Notes: generated by a model from the letters alone, not told the origin. A DNA stretch of 64,000 nucleotides from Patescibacteria group bacterium (GCA_035529375.1 DATKWU010000009.1:93848-157847), one strand, 5' to 3'. Positions 39,028 to 47,628 are shown, counted from the stretch's first letter. Translations and numbers: made by a program.

Positions 39028-39657
39028 ATGGATGAAATCAGCAAAGACGAATTTCGGGTAAAGCAGATAGATGTAAAAGCCAAAGAAGCAGGCAGGGGAA
39101 GATTAGTTTCTACATATAGACCAGTGGAGATAATGTTTGCTGCGACAGGGAAAGAGCCTACAGACTTAAGAGGAAAAGAGATTCTAAACCTAGGGGCAGG
39201 AAGAACTCATTGGGGTTTTGAGTTAACGAGTAAGTATAAAGTGGTTGCCAAAAAATTTGAAAATTTTGATATTAGTTATGCCGAGCAATCTGGCCCAAGG
39301 AGGTTAGCGGGAAAGATATTTATGGCAGAGTCTATTGGTGATATAAAAAACGAACTACCTTATAGAGATAACTCCTTTGATGTTCTCTGGTGTTCATACG
39401 CTCCTACAAATTGGCAAGAATTTGTAAGGATAACTAAGCCAGGAGGAGAAATTTTTGTTTTAGGAGGAAATTATGACGAAGAATTTACAGAAAGATTAAG
39501 TCATCAGCTTGGCATTCCAGTAACTTGCCAGAAGATAGACGAAAGGAAAATAGATAAATGGGCAAGCCTAGCTGGGCGTCATAGAAACGCCGTGTCGTCT
39601 TTATTAGGTAAAAATGTTCTGGTAGTTAAAAAACCCAAAGAAGAGATTAGAGAGTAG
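39028..39657 (+). CDS. Class I SAM-dependent methyltransferase-like protein
   Basis: ILNLGAG, LPYRDNSFDV, RITKPGG. Confidence 0.8.
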   Translation: MDEISKDEFRVKQIDVKAKEAGRGRLVSTYRPVEIMFAATGKEPTDLRGKEILNLGAGRTHWGFELTSKYKVVAKKFENFDISYAEQSGPRRLAGKIFMAESIGDIKNELPYRDNSFDVLWCSYAPTNWQEFVRITKPGGEIFVLGGNYDEEFTERLSHQLGIPVTCQKIDERKIDKWASLAGRHRNAVSSLLGKNVLVVKKPKEEIRE

Positions 39658-39721
39658 AAATTTAAACTAGTTATAACTTCGTCCACAAGGAAAACCTAAA
39701 TCTGTAGAAATTTGATTGACT

Positions 39722-39785
39722 TCTGATAAACTAAGGCAGGATGGTCCAAGTTGATGGTTCGGAAATCATCAACGACTCCCAGCCA
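39722..39785 (+). repeat. Family B site B4
   Basis: TCTGATAAACTA...GTTGATGGTTCGGAAATCATCAACGACTCCCAGCCA. Confidence 0.88.
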
Positions 39786-39795
39786 AAAAGGTTTT

Positions 39796-40293
39796 ATGTT
39801 ACAAATTAGAACAAGTCAATCTAAAGATATAATTTTTAGCTCTGAAATTTCTAATATAACCAAATCTGACCAGCACCTTTCATTTAGATCAGTTAAGCAA
39901 ATTGATAAATCAATTAGAGAAGGTAACTTCTTATTTGCTCTTAGGGGAAAAGAGCTTGCTGGTTTTGCAGAAGTCGTAAGAATTTGGCGGAATTGGTATG
40001 CAATTTTTTCTTTCTTTGTAAGACCTAAATATCGTCGTCAAGGAATTTCTAAACTTCTTCTTCATAAAATTATTACATCCAACCAAGACGATTACTTGTA
40101 CGCCGCTACTTCTAATAAAATTATGTTAAACATTTTAGAGATAAATAGATTTGAGCGATATAAATTTAAATGTTTACCCGTTCTTTTCCTAACTGATTAC
40201 TTCATTAAAAGATTTCTAAATTTACAATTATTTGGTAATATAGGTCTTCTAGACCAATATTGGTACTACCTAGTTCGATCACCTAATAATTAA
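39796..40293 (+). CDS. GNAT family N-acetyltransferase
   Basis: FVRPKYRRQGISKLLL. The track's start lies inside B4, so ATG 39796 is preferred. Confidence 0.8.
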   Translation: MLQIRTSQSKDIIFSSEISNITKSDQHLSFRSVKQIDKSIREGNFLFALRGKELAGFAEVVRIWRNWYAIFSFFVRPKYRRQGISKLLLHKIITSNQDDYLYAATSNKIMLNILEINRFERYKFKCLPVLFLTDYFIKRFLNLQLFGNIGLLDQYWYYLVRSPNN

Positions 40294-40328
40294 GTTATTA
40301 GTTCCAGTTATTATTTGTATTTAAAACG

Positions 40329-40369
40329 GTTATAAGGATAGAAAGGTTCTAGACCGATCCGCTTAGCCA
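40329..40369 (+). repeat. Family A site A12
   Basis: GTTATAAGGATAGAAAGGTTCTAGACCGATCCGCTTAGCCA; 38/39 identical to the A10 core. Confidence 0.92.
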
Positions 40370-40466
40370 AGCTTTCGCTAAAGCTACAAAATGGCAAGTA
40401 AAATTATCAAAACCGAGATTAAAAGAAAACAGTCCCCTTAACGCAAAGCGTTAGGAGTAATGAAAT

Positions 40467-41387
40467 ATGAAAGAGGTTTATATATTCCCAGGCCAAGGAA
40501 GTCAGAGACTTGGAATGGCAAAAGAACTTCTAGAGCAAAGTGAAGTTGCCAAGGATGTTTTTAGCCAAGCCGAAGTAGTTCTTTCTAAATTAGGTTGGAA
40601 GCAAAATTTACAAAGTCTTTGTCTTGAAGGGCCCGTAGATATTTTAAATGAAACTGAAATAGCTCAACCAGCAATCTTAACTGTAAGTATTGCTGGCTTT
40701 AAGGATAGAATAATTAAAGGTAGTAAATTATGTGGATTAGTTACAGGTCATAGTTTGGGTGAATACTCAGCACTGACAGCCGCAGGAGCTTTCACTTTTG
40801 AGGATGCTGTAGAATTGGTGGCAGAAAGAGGAAGATTGATGAAGGAAGCTGGTAAGCAAAGACCTGGGAAAATGGCTGCAGTTATTGGGTTAGGAGTGGA
40901 AACAGTAGAAATGCTTTGTGAAAGACTCTCTAGCGAATATGGTAATGCTCATGTAACCATTGCCAACATTAACTCTCCAGACCAGATAGTTATTTCTGGC
41001 GACCAAAAAGCCATAGAAAATGCGGGAGAATTTGCCAAAGAGCTTGGAGCTAAAATGACAAAAGTTTTACCGATAAGTATTGCCGCTCATAGTGGTTTAA
41101 TGGAAAGTATTCGGCAAGGAATGGCAATTGCTTTAAAATCAACAACCATAAAAAAACCTGAGATTAATTTTATTTCTCCTACTACAAGAAAATATGAAAA
41201 CGATCCTCAGGTAATTAGAGAGTTGCTTATAGCTCAACTGACTGGGAGAGTGTTATGGCTAGATACTGTAAAACGAATGGTTGAAGACGGGTATGATTTG
41301 TTTTTGGAAGTAGGGCCGGGAGAAGCGCTGACAAGACTATTTAAAAGAATTGATAAAAATGTTGAAGCTAGTTCTTTGAATCTTTGA
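40467..41387 (+). CDS. fabD: Malonyl-CoA:ACP transacylase
   Basis: FPGQGSQ, AQPAI, GHSLGEYSAL, ANINSPDQIVISG, AAHS, EVGPG. Confidence 0.93.
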   Translation: MKEVYIFPGQGSQRLGMAKELLEQSEVAKDVFSQAEVVLSKLGWKQNLQSLCLEGPVDILNETEIAQPAILTVSIAGFKDRIIKGSKLCGLVTGHSLGEYSALTAAGAFTFEDAVELVAERGRLMKEAGKQRPGKMAAVIGLGVETVEMLCERLSSEYGNAHVTIANINSPDQIVISGDQKAIENAGEFAKELGAKMTKVLPISIAAHSGLMESIRQGMAIALKSTTIKKPEINFISPTTRKYENDPQVIRELLIAQLTGRVLWLDTVKRMVEDGYDLFLEVGPGEALTRLFKRIDKNVEASSLNL

Positions 41388-41437
41388 CTTTATGGAAAGA
41401 TTACCAAAACGACTGGCCTATGTCTCTTTTTTAATAC

Positions 41438-41538
41438 TGTTTCGTTTGTCTCACTTCGACTGCGCTCAGTGTAAACTTTTTTGGTAAAATATATTCAGTT
41501 ATAAGGATAGTAAGGGCCTAGACCGGCCTGCTCAGCCA
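41438..41538 (+). repeat. Family A site A13 with arm pair and a REP-like insert
   Basis: Arm TGTTTCGTTTGTCTCACTT; core GTTATAAGGATAGTAAGGGCCTAGACCGGCCTGCTCAGCCA (41498-41538). Confidence 0.9.
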
Positions 41539-41559
41539 AACCCAATATAATTTCAAAAC

Positions 41560-42351
41560 TCACGCTTCTTGACTCACGATACCCCATTTTTCTAGAGTAA
41601 TCGCTTCTATTTTTTTGAAAACAATCGTTTCTATCGTTAGCCCAATGATTGCGATTAATAAAATACCAACTAAAACTTTGTCGAAGCTATATGTCCATTG
41701 AGCTGTCCAGATAAATTTTCCTAACCCTCCAGCACCGATCACAAGCATCTCCGCACCGATCACAGATCTCCAAATCGAACCAAAACCAATTCTCATAGCT
41801 GTTATGATGTTTGGGAAGGCACCTGGAATAATTACCTTAAAAATAGTTTGCCATCTATTTAGGCCCAAATTCTTAGCAACTAGTATCCAAATGGTATTAA
41901 TATTGCGTACTCCTGCTATCATGTTGTAAATCATCTTTAAGAAACTGGAGATAAATAACAAGACCCATACTGACAGCCTGGTAAAACCGAATATGATGAT
42001 GATAAATGGCAACCAAGCCAATGAAGGAATGGGATAAAGAGTAGATATAAGCGGAAAGAATATTTTTCTTATAGTCGCATTAGTTCCAATTAATATTCCA
42101 AATACAATTGAAACAACGACTGCAACTAAATAAGGGGGAACAAGATTTGACACTGTATCAATAATAATTTTTACTATCGTACCGTCTTTTATCAATTCTC
42201 TAAACGTTAGTATTACCTTCAAAGGAGATGGTAAAAACCAATTAGGCATCCAATTAAAATAAACAACAAGATTCCACAAAAAAAGTATAAAAAGGAATGG
42301 AATGGATGCTAGAAGTATTTCTTTAATTTGTCGCGGAGCTATAGATCTCAT
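41560..42351 (-). CDS. NitT/TauT-family ABC transporter permease
   Basis: LPSP, PIPSLAWLP, VIGAEML, GLGKFI. Confidence 0.9.
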   Translation of the reverse strand: MRSIAPRQIKEILLASIPFLFILFLWNLVVYFNWMPNWFLPSPLKVILTFRELIKDGTIVKIIIDTVSNLVPPYLVAVVVSIVFGILIGTNATIRKIFFPLISTLYPIPSLAWLPFIIIIFGFTRLSVWVLLFISSFLKMIYNMIAGVRNINTIWILVAKNLGLNRWQTIFKVIIPGAFPNIITAMRIGFGSIWRSVIGAEMLVIGAGGLGKFIWTAQWTYSFDKVLVGILLIAIIGLTIETIVFKKIEAITLEKWGIVSQEA

Positions 42352-43384
42352 TTTGAGCTGATTCTAGCAATTCTTTGAATCTCAAGTCATATAAATCATC
42401 TAGAGATAGAACACGCTCTGAGAAACCCAAGTCATAATTAATTCGCGCCATTTCTACTATAGAACTCGGGTCTTGCCAAAGGATATATCTTACTGCTTCA
42501 TCGTTTACTTGCCTCACAAACTCCTCTGGTTTTATATCCATTGCTCCGCTAGTGTTTTCTCTAATATAGTCAGTGATAATAATTGAGGAATCGTTAAGAT
42601 TATCTCTAAGATAACGATGAGCCTGAATCATTGCTCTATAGAACTTATTAACATTTTCTACATTGTTCTTTAAGAAATCGGTATTGATTGACACTGAAGA
42701 ACCAGTTGGCACTTTTTGCAGATCTTTCTCATACCAATATGGCAAAACAACAGCGCCTTGTTCCTTAGCTTTATCGACGTAAGCAGGCTCATCAATTAAG
42801 GCAGCATCTATCGCCTTCTTGTCCATGAGAGCCATGGGTAAATAGAGTTTTTCAATATCTATAAATTCAATTTTATTAATATCTACTCCTTCAAGCTCTA
42901 AAACATATATTATTCTTAATTTTTGGGAGCCAGCGGGGCCAACTGAAATCTTCTTTCCCTCTAAATCCTTAATAGTTACGATATCTGAGTCAGGACGAAC
43001 AAATAAGTGTGATGGCATATCACTCATTATAGATAATAACTTTACTGGTGCTCCTTTCTCTATTGGACCAAAAAGTCGTCGTGCTCCAGTGATAGTAATA
43101 TCTACTTGACCAGTACCAACTGCTAAGGCTCCTTCTGAAGATTGTAAATGCACTAAACTGACATCAATTCCCTGCTCACGAAAAAAACCTTTTTGATAAG
43201 CTAATATTATCGGGGTTGCATCGAGAGATTGAATGGGAAAGCCAACTATTACTTTTGGTAAAGACGCAGTTTTTTCGTCTATTTTAGGTTTGGAATAATA
43301 CCTTACCATAAACATAGTTGCTGCAATAGCAACTACCAAAATTACACTCACTGCGATTAAAATCCTTTTAAACTTTTTTGTCAT
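42323..43384 (-). CDS. NitT/TauT (SsuA/NMT1-like) substrate-binding protein
   Basis: AYQKGFFREQGIDV, IKDLEGKKI; N-terminal TM. Confidence 0.88.
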   Translation of the reverse strand: MTKKFKRILIAVSVILVVAIAATMFMVRYYSKPKIDEKTASLPKVIVGFPIQSLDATPIILAYQKGFFREQGIDVSLVHLQSSEGALAVGTGQVDITITGARRLFGPIEKGAPVKLLSIMSDMPSHLFVRPDSDIVTIKDLEGKKISVGPAGSQKLRIIYVLELEGVDINKIEFIDIEKLYLPMALMDKKAIDAALIDEPAYVDKAKEQGAVVLPYWYEKDLQKVPTGSSVSINTDFLKNNVENVNKFYRAMIQAHRYLRDNLNDSSIIITDYIRENTSGAMDIKPEEFVRQVNDEAVRYILWQDPSSIVEMARINYDLGFSERVLSLDDLYDLRFKELLESAQNEIYSSATN

Positions 43385-43388
43385 TGGC

Positions 43389-44204
43389 TCACCTATTGCC
43401 TGCTATTATATCATTAATGTCCACTTGTGGTTCCATACGGTTTCTATCGAGGTCAAATTCCATCTGAACATCGTCTTCCACTCTCCTGAGTAATTTAGTA
43501 AACCTGGGATTAGACATATCGCGTGGACGAAGAAATTTAATCGAACAAGACTTTTTGATAGTTGTGGGTCTGGAACTCATAACATAAATTGTATCGGCCA
43601 TATATATCGCTTCATTTATACTGTGAGTAACAAATAATATAGTTTTTTGTGTCTTCTGCCATATTTTAATTAGGCTCTTTCTTAAATGTCTTCTAGTGAT
43701 AGAGTCTAAGGATGAAAATGGTTCGTCCATAAGTAATATCTCGGGATCGGTTACTAATGCTCTTGCAAAAGCTACTCGCTGTTTCATTCCCCCAGATAAC
43801 TTATGAATCGGCCAATCTTTGAATTTCAAAAGATCAACAAGATCCAAATATTTTTCAGCCAAAGCAAGTTTTTCATGTTTGTCCAAATTACTGTTAGATA
43901 AACCGAATAAGACATTTCCCAATACCGTTTTCCACGGAAAAAGCATGTGATCTTGAAACACCATAATACGATCTAGCCCAACAGAATTAACTTCTAGTCC
44001 CTTCGCTAAAATTTTACCGGATGAAGGGGATAAAAACCCTGCAATCGTGTAAAGAAGAACTGTTTTTCCACAACCGGAGGGACCGATAAAGCAAACAAAC
44101 TCTCCCTTTTTAACCTTTAAATTTATATCTTTAATAACCTTAAAGTTATTATCAAAGGTTTTACTTAAATTTCTTAATTCTAAAATGCAATCACCTGATT
44201 CCAT
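43389..44204 (-). CDS. NitT/TauT-family ABC ATPase
   Basis: GPSGCGKT, LSGGMKQRV, LLMDEPFSSLD, FVTH. Confidence 0.92.
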   Translation of the reverse strand: MESGDCILELRNLSKTFDNNFKVIKDINLKVKKGEFVCFIGPSGCGKTVLLYTIAGFLSPSSGKILAKGLEVNSVGLDRIMVFQDHMLFPWKTVLGNVLFGLSNSNLDKHEKLALAEKYLDLVDLLKFKDWPIHKLSGGMKQRVAFARALVTDPEILLMDEPFSSLDSITRRHLRKSLIKIWQKTQKTILFVTHSINEAIYMADTIYVMSSRPTTIKKSCSIKFLRPRDMSNPRFTKLLRRVEDDVQMEFDLDRNRMEPQVDINDIIAGNR

Positions 44205-44269
44205 AAACTGTTTGTTCCTTTCTTTAGAACTCGATTCATTTATTAATCTATACTAACAGTTACTGCTAT

Positions 44270-44279
44270 TGTCTCATTT
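44270..44279 (+). repeat. Orphan single arm unit of family A
   Basis: TGTCTCATTT with no recognisable core downstream. Confidence 0.35.
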
Positions 44280-44647
44280 TCATCCTAAAGAATAAAGTTT
44301 GATGTAAAACCCCATGTCCATTCGAAGGTACTCCTTGCTTTAATGCATTAGACTAAGCAAACAGTTCGAACTTGTTTCTTTTTATGGCCAGTCATTTTTC
44401 GACCAGTTTGGAAAGATTAAAATAATACAATAGAAGCAAAACCAGAAAATACAACTGAATCACTGCTACAACAAATTAAAACATTTTAATAACCCCTTTT
44501 CCGCGCGCGATTTTAACGAAATCTATCAAGAAGATGCATTTAACATCTTTTTAGGTTAAATAGTTAGCTGGTTAAATTTTGCAACTAAACTAAAGCCTTT
44601 TACCTAAATAATTACTAGTTTAGACGCGTTTTGAAGATCCCTTTCTA

Positions 44648-46237
44648 CTAGAATTGCTTTAAGGTAAAAGTCTCTGGAAGATTGCCCCAGTTTTCAATTA
44701 TAAAAAGTATTGCTCTTGTTGACCATTGATAAGTTTTCAAAAGAAAAACGGCAACAAAGGTAAACCATAAAAAACTTAAAGCTTTCGAAAGATAAACAGG
44801 TTTTGTTAGCAACTTAATTCTGTTTTTGGCAATTTTAAAAACAAAATCTGAGATTTTAACTCTCTGTCTATAAATTCCAAAAATAATAACAAACAGGGCG
44901 ATACAAAACCGATAAAGAGCGATCTGATTTTTTTCTGGGTTAAGACTAAAGTATCCCCAATAAAGTGCCGTGGAGAATGGCAAGGTAAAAAAGACAATCA
45001 AGGAAATAATGGTTGGTGATTTTATAAATTTATATAATTCATAACCAGCCGCAATTGAAAAAAACGGAATAAAGGGAAGATAGTACCAAGGATAATTTGC
45101 TCCTCCAAAAAACAAAAGGGTTAAAAGATAACTACCGGCGGCCACAAAAACATAATTTAATTTAATTCTTTTCTTTAATTTAATAAAAGCAGTTGAGATA
45201 ATTCCCCAAAGCCAAAAACCATCCACGGGGAAGTTATTGAAATTTAATCCTTTAGTTATAACCAAAAGGTTCAGCGGTCCAAAAAACTCTCTTGAAGTCT
45301 GGCTAAAAAACAAATCATTGAAAAGCGTCGGCGAAAGCCAGAAAGCATAAACATAAAAAGAAGACCCAAGAATAACTGTCGGTGTCAGGAAATAAATAAT
45401 CTTTTTTATTTTTGCCCTGGAAGAAACCAGGATATAAAGATTAGCAATTAGCAAAAATATTCCCAGTTCCTTAACCATTAAGGCCAGGCCGCTAAAAACC
45501 CCGGCAAGAATAATAAATGCTTCCTGTTGCCTTTTTGATCTCACTTTTTGAGACAAAAATAGAAAAATTAAATTGGCCAAAGATATTGGAATTAGAATGT
45601 TTTCTAATAAAGCGAATCTTGAGGAGAGGATAAAACTAGGAGCAATTGAATAGATAATAAAAGCAAAGAAAGAAGGTAAGACTTCATTGGTTAAAAGAAA
45701 TGTTAGGATAAATATTAAAAATCCGCTTACTAATGAGATTGTTAAAGCGACAGCCCTGTAGTCTTCTGATTTAAATTGCTCAAAACTTTCATATTTTTCT
45801 TTGATTCCTAGAGAATAGATTAAACTTCCCAAAATGGGGTGATCTAAAAACGGCTGGACAAAGAGAATGTGCTCTTGCCCTTTACCCCTGTCAATTTCTT
45901 TAACAACCGAAAAAGGATAATTATATTTTTTGGCATTGATTATATTAGGGACTTGGCCGTTGACTCTTATATTGATTCCATCAAAACCAAATATTTGTTT
46001 GGTTTTTCCTGGGCTTTTTAGATAACAACCAAGATTAGACCAAGCAGTTGGAATGCCTGTTTGTCTAAATGAATAACCAGCGTGAATATAATTGAGTTCG
46101 TCATAGATATCAGTAGTTGAAGGAATGCTTTCGTAACCAATATATCTGTTAAATTTCAAATCAGACTTGGTAAAAAATATAAAAAGAAGTGCCGTTAAAA
46201 GGAAAATTTTTATAACCGCTGTTTTCTTTATAAACAT
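44648..46237 (-). CDS. Polytopic GT-C-fold glycosyltransferase (ArnT/PMT-like)
   Basis: DE motif after TM1 (YDELNY), DHPILG, SRFALLEN, many TMs, YPWYYLP. Confidence 0.8.
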   Translation of the reverse strand: MFIKKTAVIKIFLLTALLFIFFTKSDLKFNRYIGYESIPSTTDIYDELNYIHAGYSFRQTGIPTAWSNLGCYLKSPGKTKQIFGFDGINIRVNGQVPNIINAKKYNYPFSVVKEIDRGKGQEHILFVQPFLDHPILGSLIYSLGIKEKYESFEQFKSEDYRAVALTISLVSGFLIFILTFLLTNEVLPSFFAFIIYSIAPSFILSSRFALLENILIPISLANLIFLFLSQKVRSKRQQEAFIILAGVFSGLALMVKELGIFLLIANLYILVSSRAKIKKIIYFLTPTVILGSSFYVYAFWLSPTLFNDLFFSQTSREFFGPLNLLVITKGLNFNNFPVDGFWLWGIISTAFIKLKKRIKLNYVFVAAGSYLLTLLFFGGANYPWYYLPFIPFFSIAAGYELYKFIKSPTIISLIVFFTLPFSTALYWGYFSLNPEKNQIALYRFCIALFVIIFGIYRQRVKISDFVFKIAKNRIKLLTKPVYLSKALSFLWFTFVAVFLLKTYQWSTRAILFIIENWGNLPETFTLKQF

Positions 46238-46371
46238 GACAGATAATTAAACATGACAGGTAATTTTATTAATTTTCCGTGCCTTCGCCAGCTGCTAGTC
46301 CTACTTGGTGATTTCCAAACTTATGAATTTACCAATCCTGTATAATTATAACAAATTTATCAGTTCTATTT

Positions 46372-46704
46372 ATGATAAACAAATGTTCTCAGTGTGGCCT
46401 TTGCTGTTATTTATTCTTAGTGAATTTAACCGAAGAAGAATACCAGTCAGGCAAATACAAAACTCAGTTTGAGGAGTTTGGCTTGATTGATGACTTTCAC
46501 CAGGCAGCCGCGTGTGGAGCAAACATTCTCAAGCAAAAAGAAGATGGCAATTGCCTCTATCTTCAGGGAAACAAATGTTCTATTCATAGAATCAGACCCC
46601 AAGTTTGCAGAGAGTTTTTCTGTACCTCGAAGTTGAAAAAGTTCAAAAAAATGGTTAAGCAGATTGAAAAGAAACGAGCTAATCTGGAAAAGAGAAAGAA
46701 GTAA
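46372..46704 (+). CDS. YkgJ-family cysteine cluster protein
   Basis: CSQCGLCC...CLYL..NKCSIH..RPQVCREF.C. Confidence 0.88.
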   Translation: MINKCSQCGLCCYLFLVNLTEEEYQSGKYKTQFEEFGLIDDFHQAAACGANILKQKEDGNCLYLQGNKCSIHRIRPQVCREFFCTSKLKKFKKMVKQIEKKRANLEKRKK

Positions 46705-46729
46705 AAGGCTCTAGACCAGCCTACTTAGC
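46705..46729 (+). repeat. Family A site A15 (left-truncated)
   Basis: AAGGCTCTAGACCAGCCTACTTAGC immediately after the YkgJ stop; perfect AGGCT/AGCCT arms. Confidence 0.82.
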
Positions 46730-46755
46730 AGTTTTAGAATTTCGGTCTCAGATAC

Positions 46756-46953
46756 ATGTGCTATAATGAATTTATCAATAATAACAAAGAGACAATCGAC
46801 AATTTAATAGTTATTTTCTTCGAAGAAGGTGGTCGTATTGACAAATTCTACCTCCAAAAGAGAAAAAGAAACCCCTCGCTGGTTTACTTGAATGGTTGGT
46901 TTCGCGGTCGCAATATCCGTGAAGCAATATTAAGAGCGCTTGCGGACCAGTAA
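46756..46953 (+). CDS. Short ORF or gene remnant
   Basis: 65-aa ORF; no motif recognised. Confidence 0.3.
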   Translation: MCYNEFINNNKETIDNLIVIFFEEGGRIDKFYLQKRKRNPSLVYLNGWFRGRNIREAILRALADQ

Positions 46954-47052
46954 ACAATTTTATTCCACGCAAAATATAACTACCTTTCTAATACTTTCCA
47001 GGTAAAATTTGGCCTTTTATGGTTTTCTTTCTATAAGAAATTAGACCAGGAG

Positions 47053-47376
47053 TTAACGATAACCTCCCCCTCTTGGTCCTCGACTGTCTCTTGGACCTTC
47101 CCTTCTGTTGTCAAAACTCGGTCTTTCTTCTCTTGGTTTTGCAACATTGACAGCAATCTTTCTTCCTCCCATCTCAGTGTCATTTAACTTCTTAATAGCT
47201 TCATCTGCTTCCTCGTCGTTTTCCATATCAACAAAAGCAAATCCCTTGCTTTGACCACTATATCTGTCAGTGATTAGATCACAAGAAACAATCTTGCCAA
47301 ATTTGGAGAATATTTCTTCTATTTGGGAGCTCGTTACAGTATAAGGAAGCCCTCCAACGAATAGTTTTTTGGACAT
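47053..47376 (-). CDS. RRM-domain RNA-binding protein
   Basis: RNP2 LFVGGL, RNP1 KGFAFVDM, Gly/Arg-rich tail. Confidence 0.93.
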   Translation of the reverse strand: MSKKLFVGGLPYTVTSSQIEEIFSKFGKIVSCDLITDRYSGQSKGFAFVDMENDEEADEAIKKLNDTEMGGRKIAVNVAKPREERPSFDNRREGPRDSRGPRGGGYR

Positions 47377-47547
47377 TTATTTTTCACCACCCTTCTGTTT
47401 TAAAATACTGTCTCTATCTGGCGACCAGAAAAAACCTTTGGAGGATATCTTCTTATCTGACTAGAAGAAACAGGTGTTAATATATCCCTCCTTAAGGGAT
47501 ACGTTTGTATTATAACACATTATCTTTTCAACTGCATCATTTTCTCA

Positions 47548-47628
47548 AATATAAGGTAATTAGGTTCTAGACCGACCTGTATGGTTAATTATAAGGCAAG
47601 AAAATTTTTAGAATAATTCACTCAGCCA
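47548..47628 (+). repeat. Two tandem degenerate family A cores (A16, A17) marking the distal end of the array
   Basis: AATATAAGGTAATTAGGTTCTAGACCGACCTG, then ATTATAAGGCAAGAAAATTTTTAGAATAATTCACTCAGCCA (41 bp, same length as the consensus). Confidence 0.78.

Larger units (their letters stand above)
18637..47628 (+). mobile_element. tRNA-Gln-anchored accessory island made of repeat-delimited gene cassettes
   Basis: About 22 same-orientation intergenic sites (families A/B/C) separate unrelated small gene modules. Core-gene order stops at the tRNA and resumes around pyrF/gltX. No integrase seen. Confidence 0.7.

Noticed and set aside
40236-40260. A-like string AATATAGGTCTTCTAGACCAAT inside the GNAT gene
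   Set aside because: Lies in coding sequence, has the wrong spacing, and lacks the GCTCAGC end.
41406-44399. Possible terminal inverted repeats AAAACGACTGGCC / GGCCAGTCATTTT around the ABC operon
   Set aside because: Only 12/13 bp, no transposase or target duplication; compatible with chance.
44205-44647. Riboswitch (TPP/SAM) upstream of the NitT/TauT ABC operon
   Set aside because: No conserved aptamer motifs recognised by eye; an Rfam scan would be needed.
19853-47628. CRISPR array interpretation of the family A repeats
   Set aside because: Spacers are mostly 0.6-5 kb and coding, the repeats are degenerate, and no cas genes are present.
19853-47628. Classical integron (attC) or pdif module array
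   Set aside because: No intI, no RYYYAAC/GTTRRRY-bounded long hairpins, no XerC/XerD 11-6-11 consensus, and no alternating site orientation.
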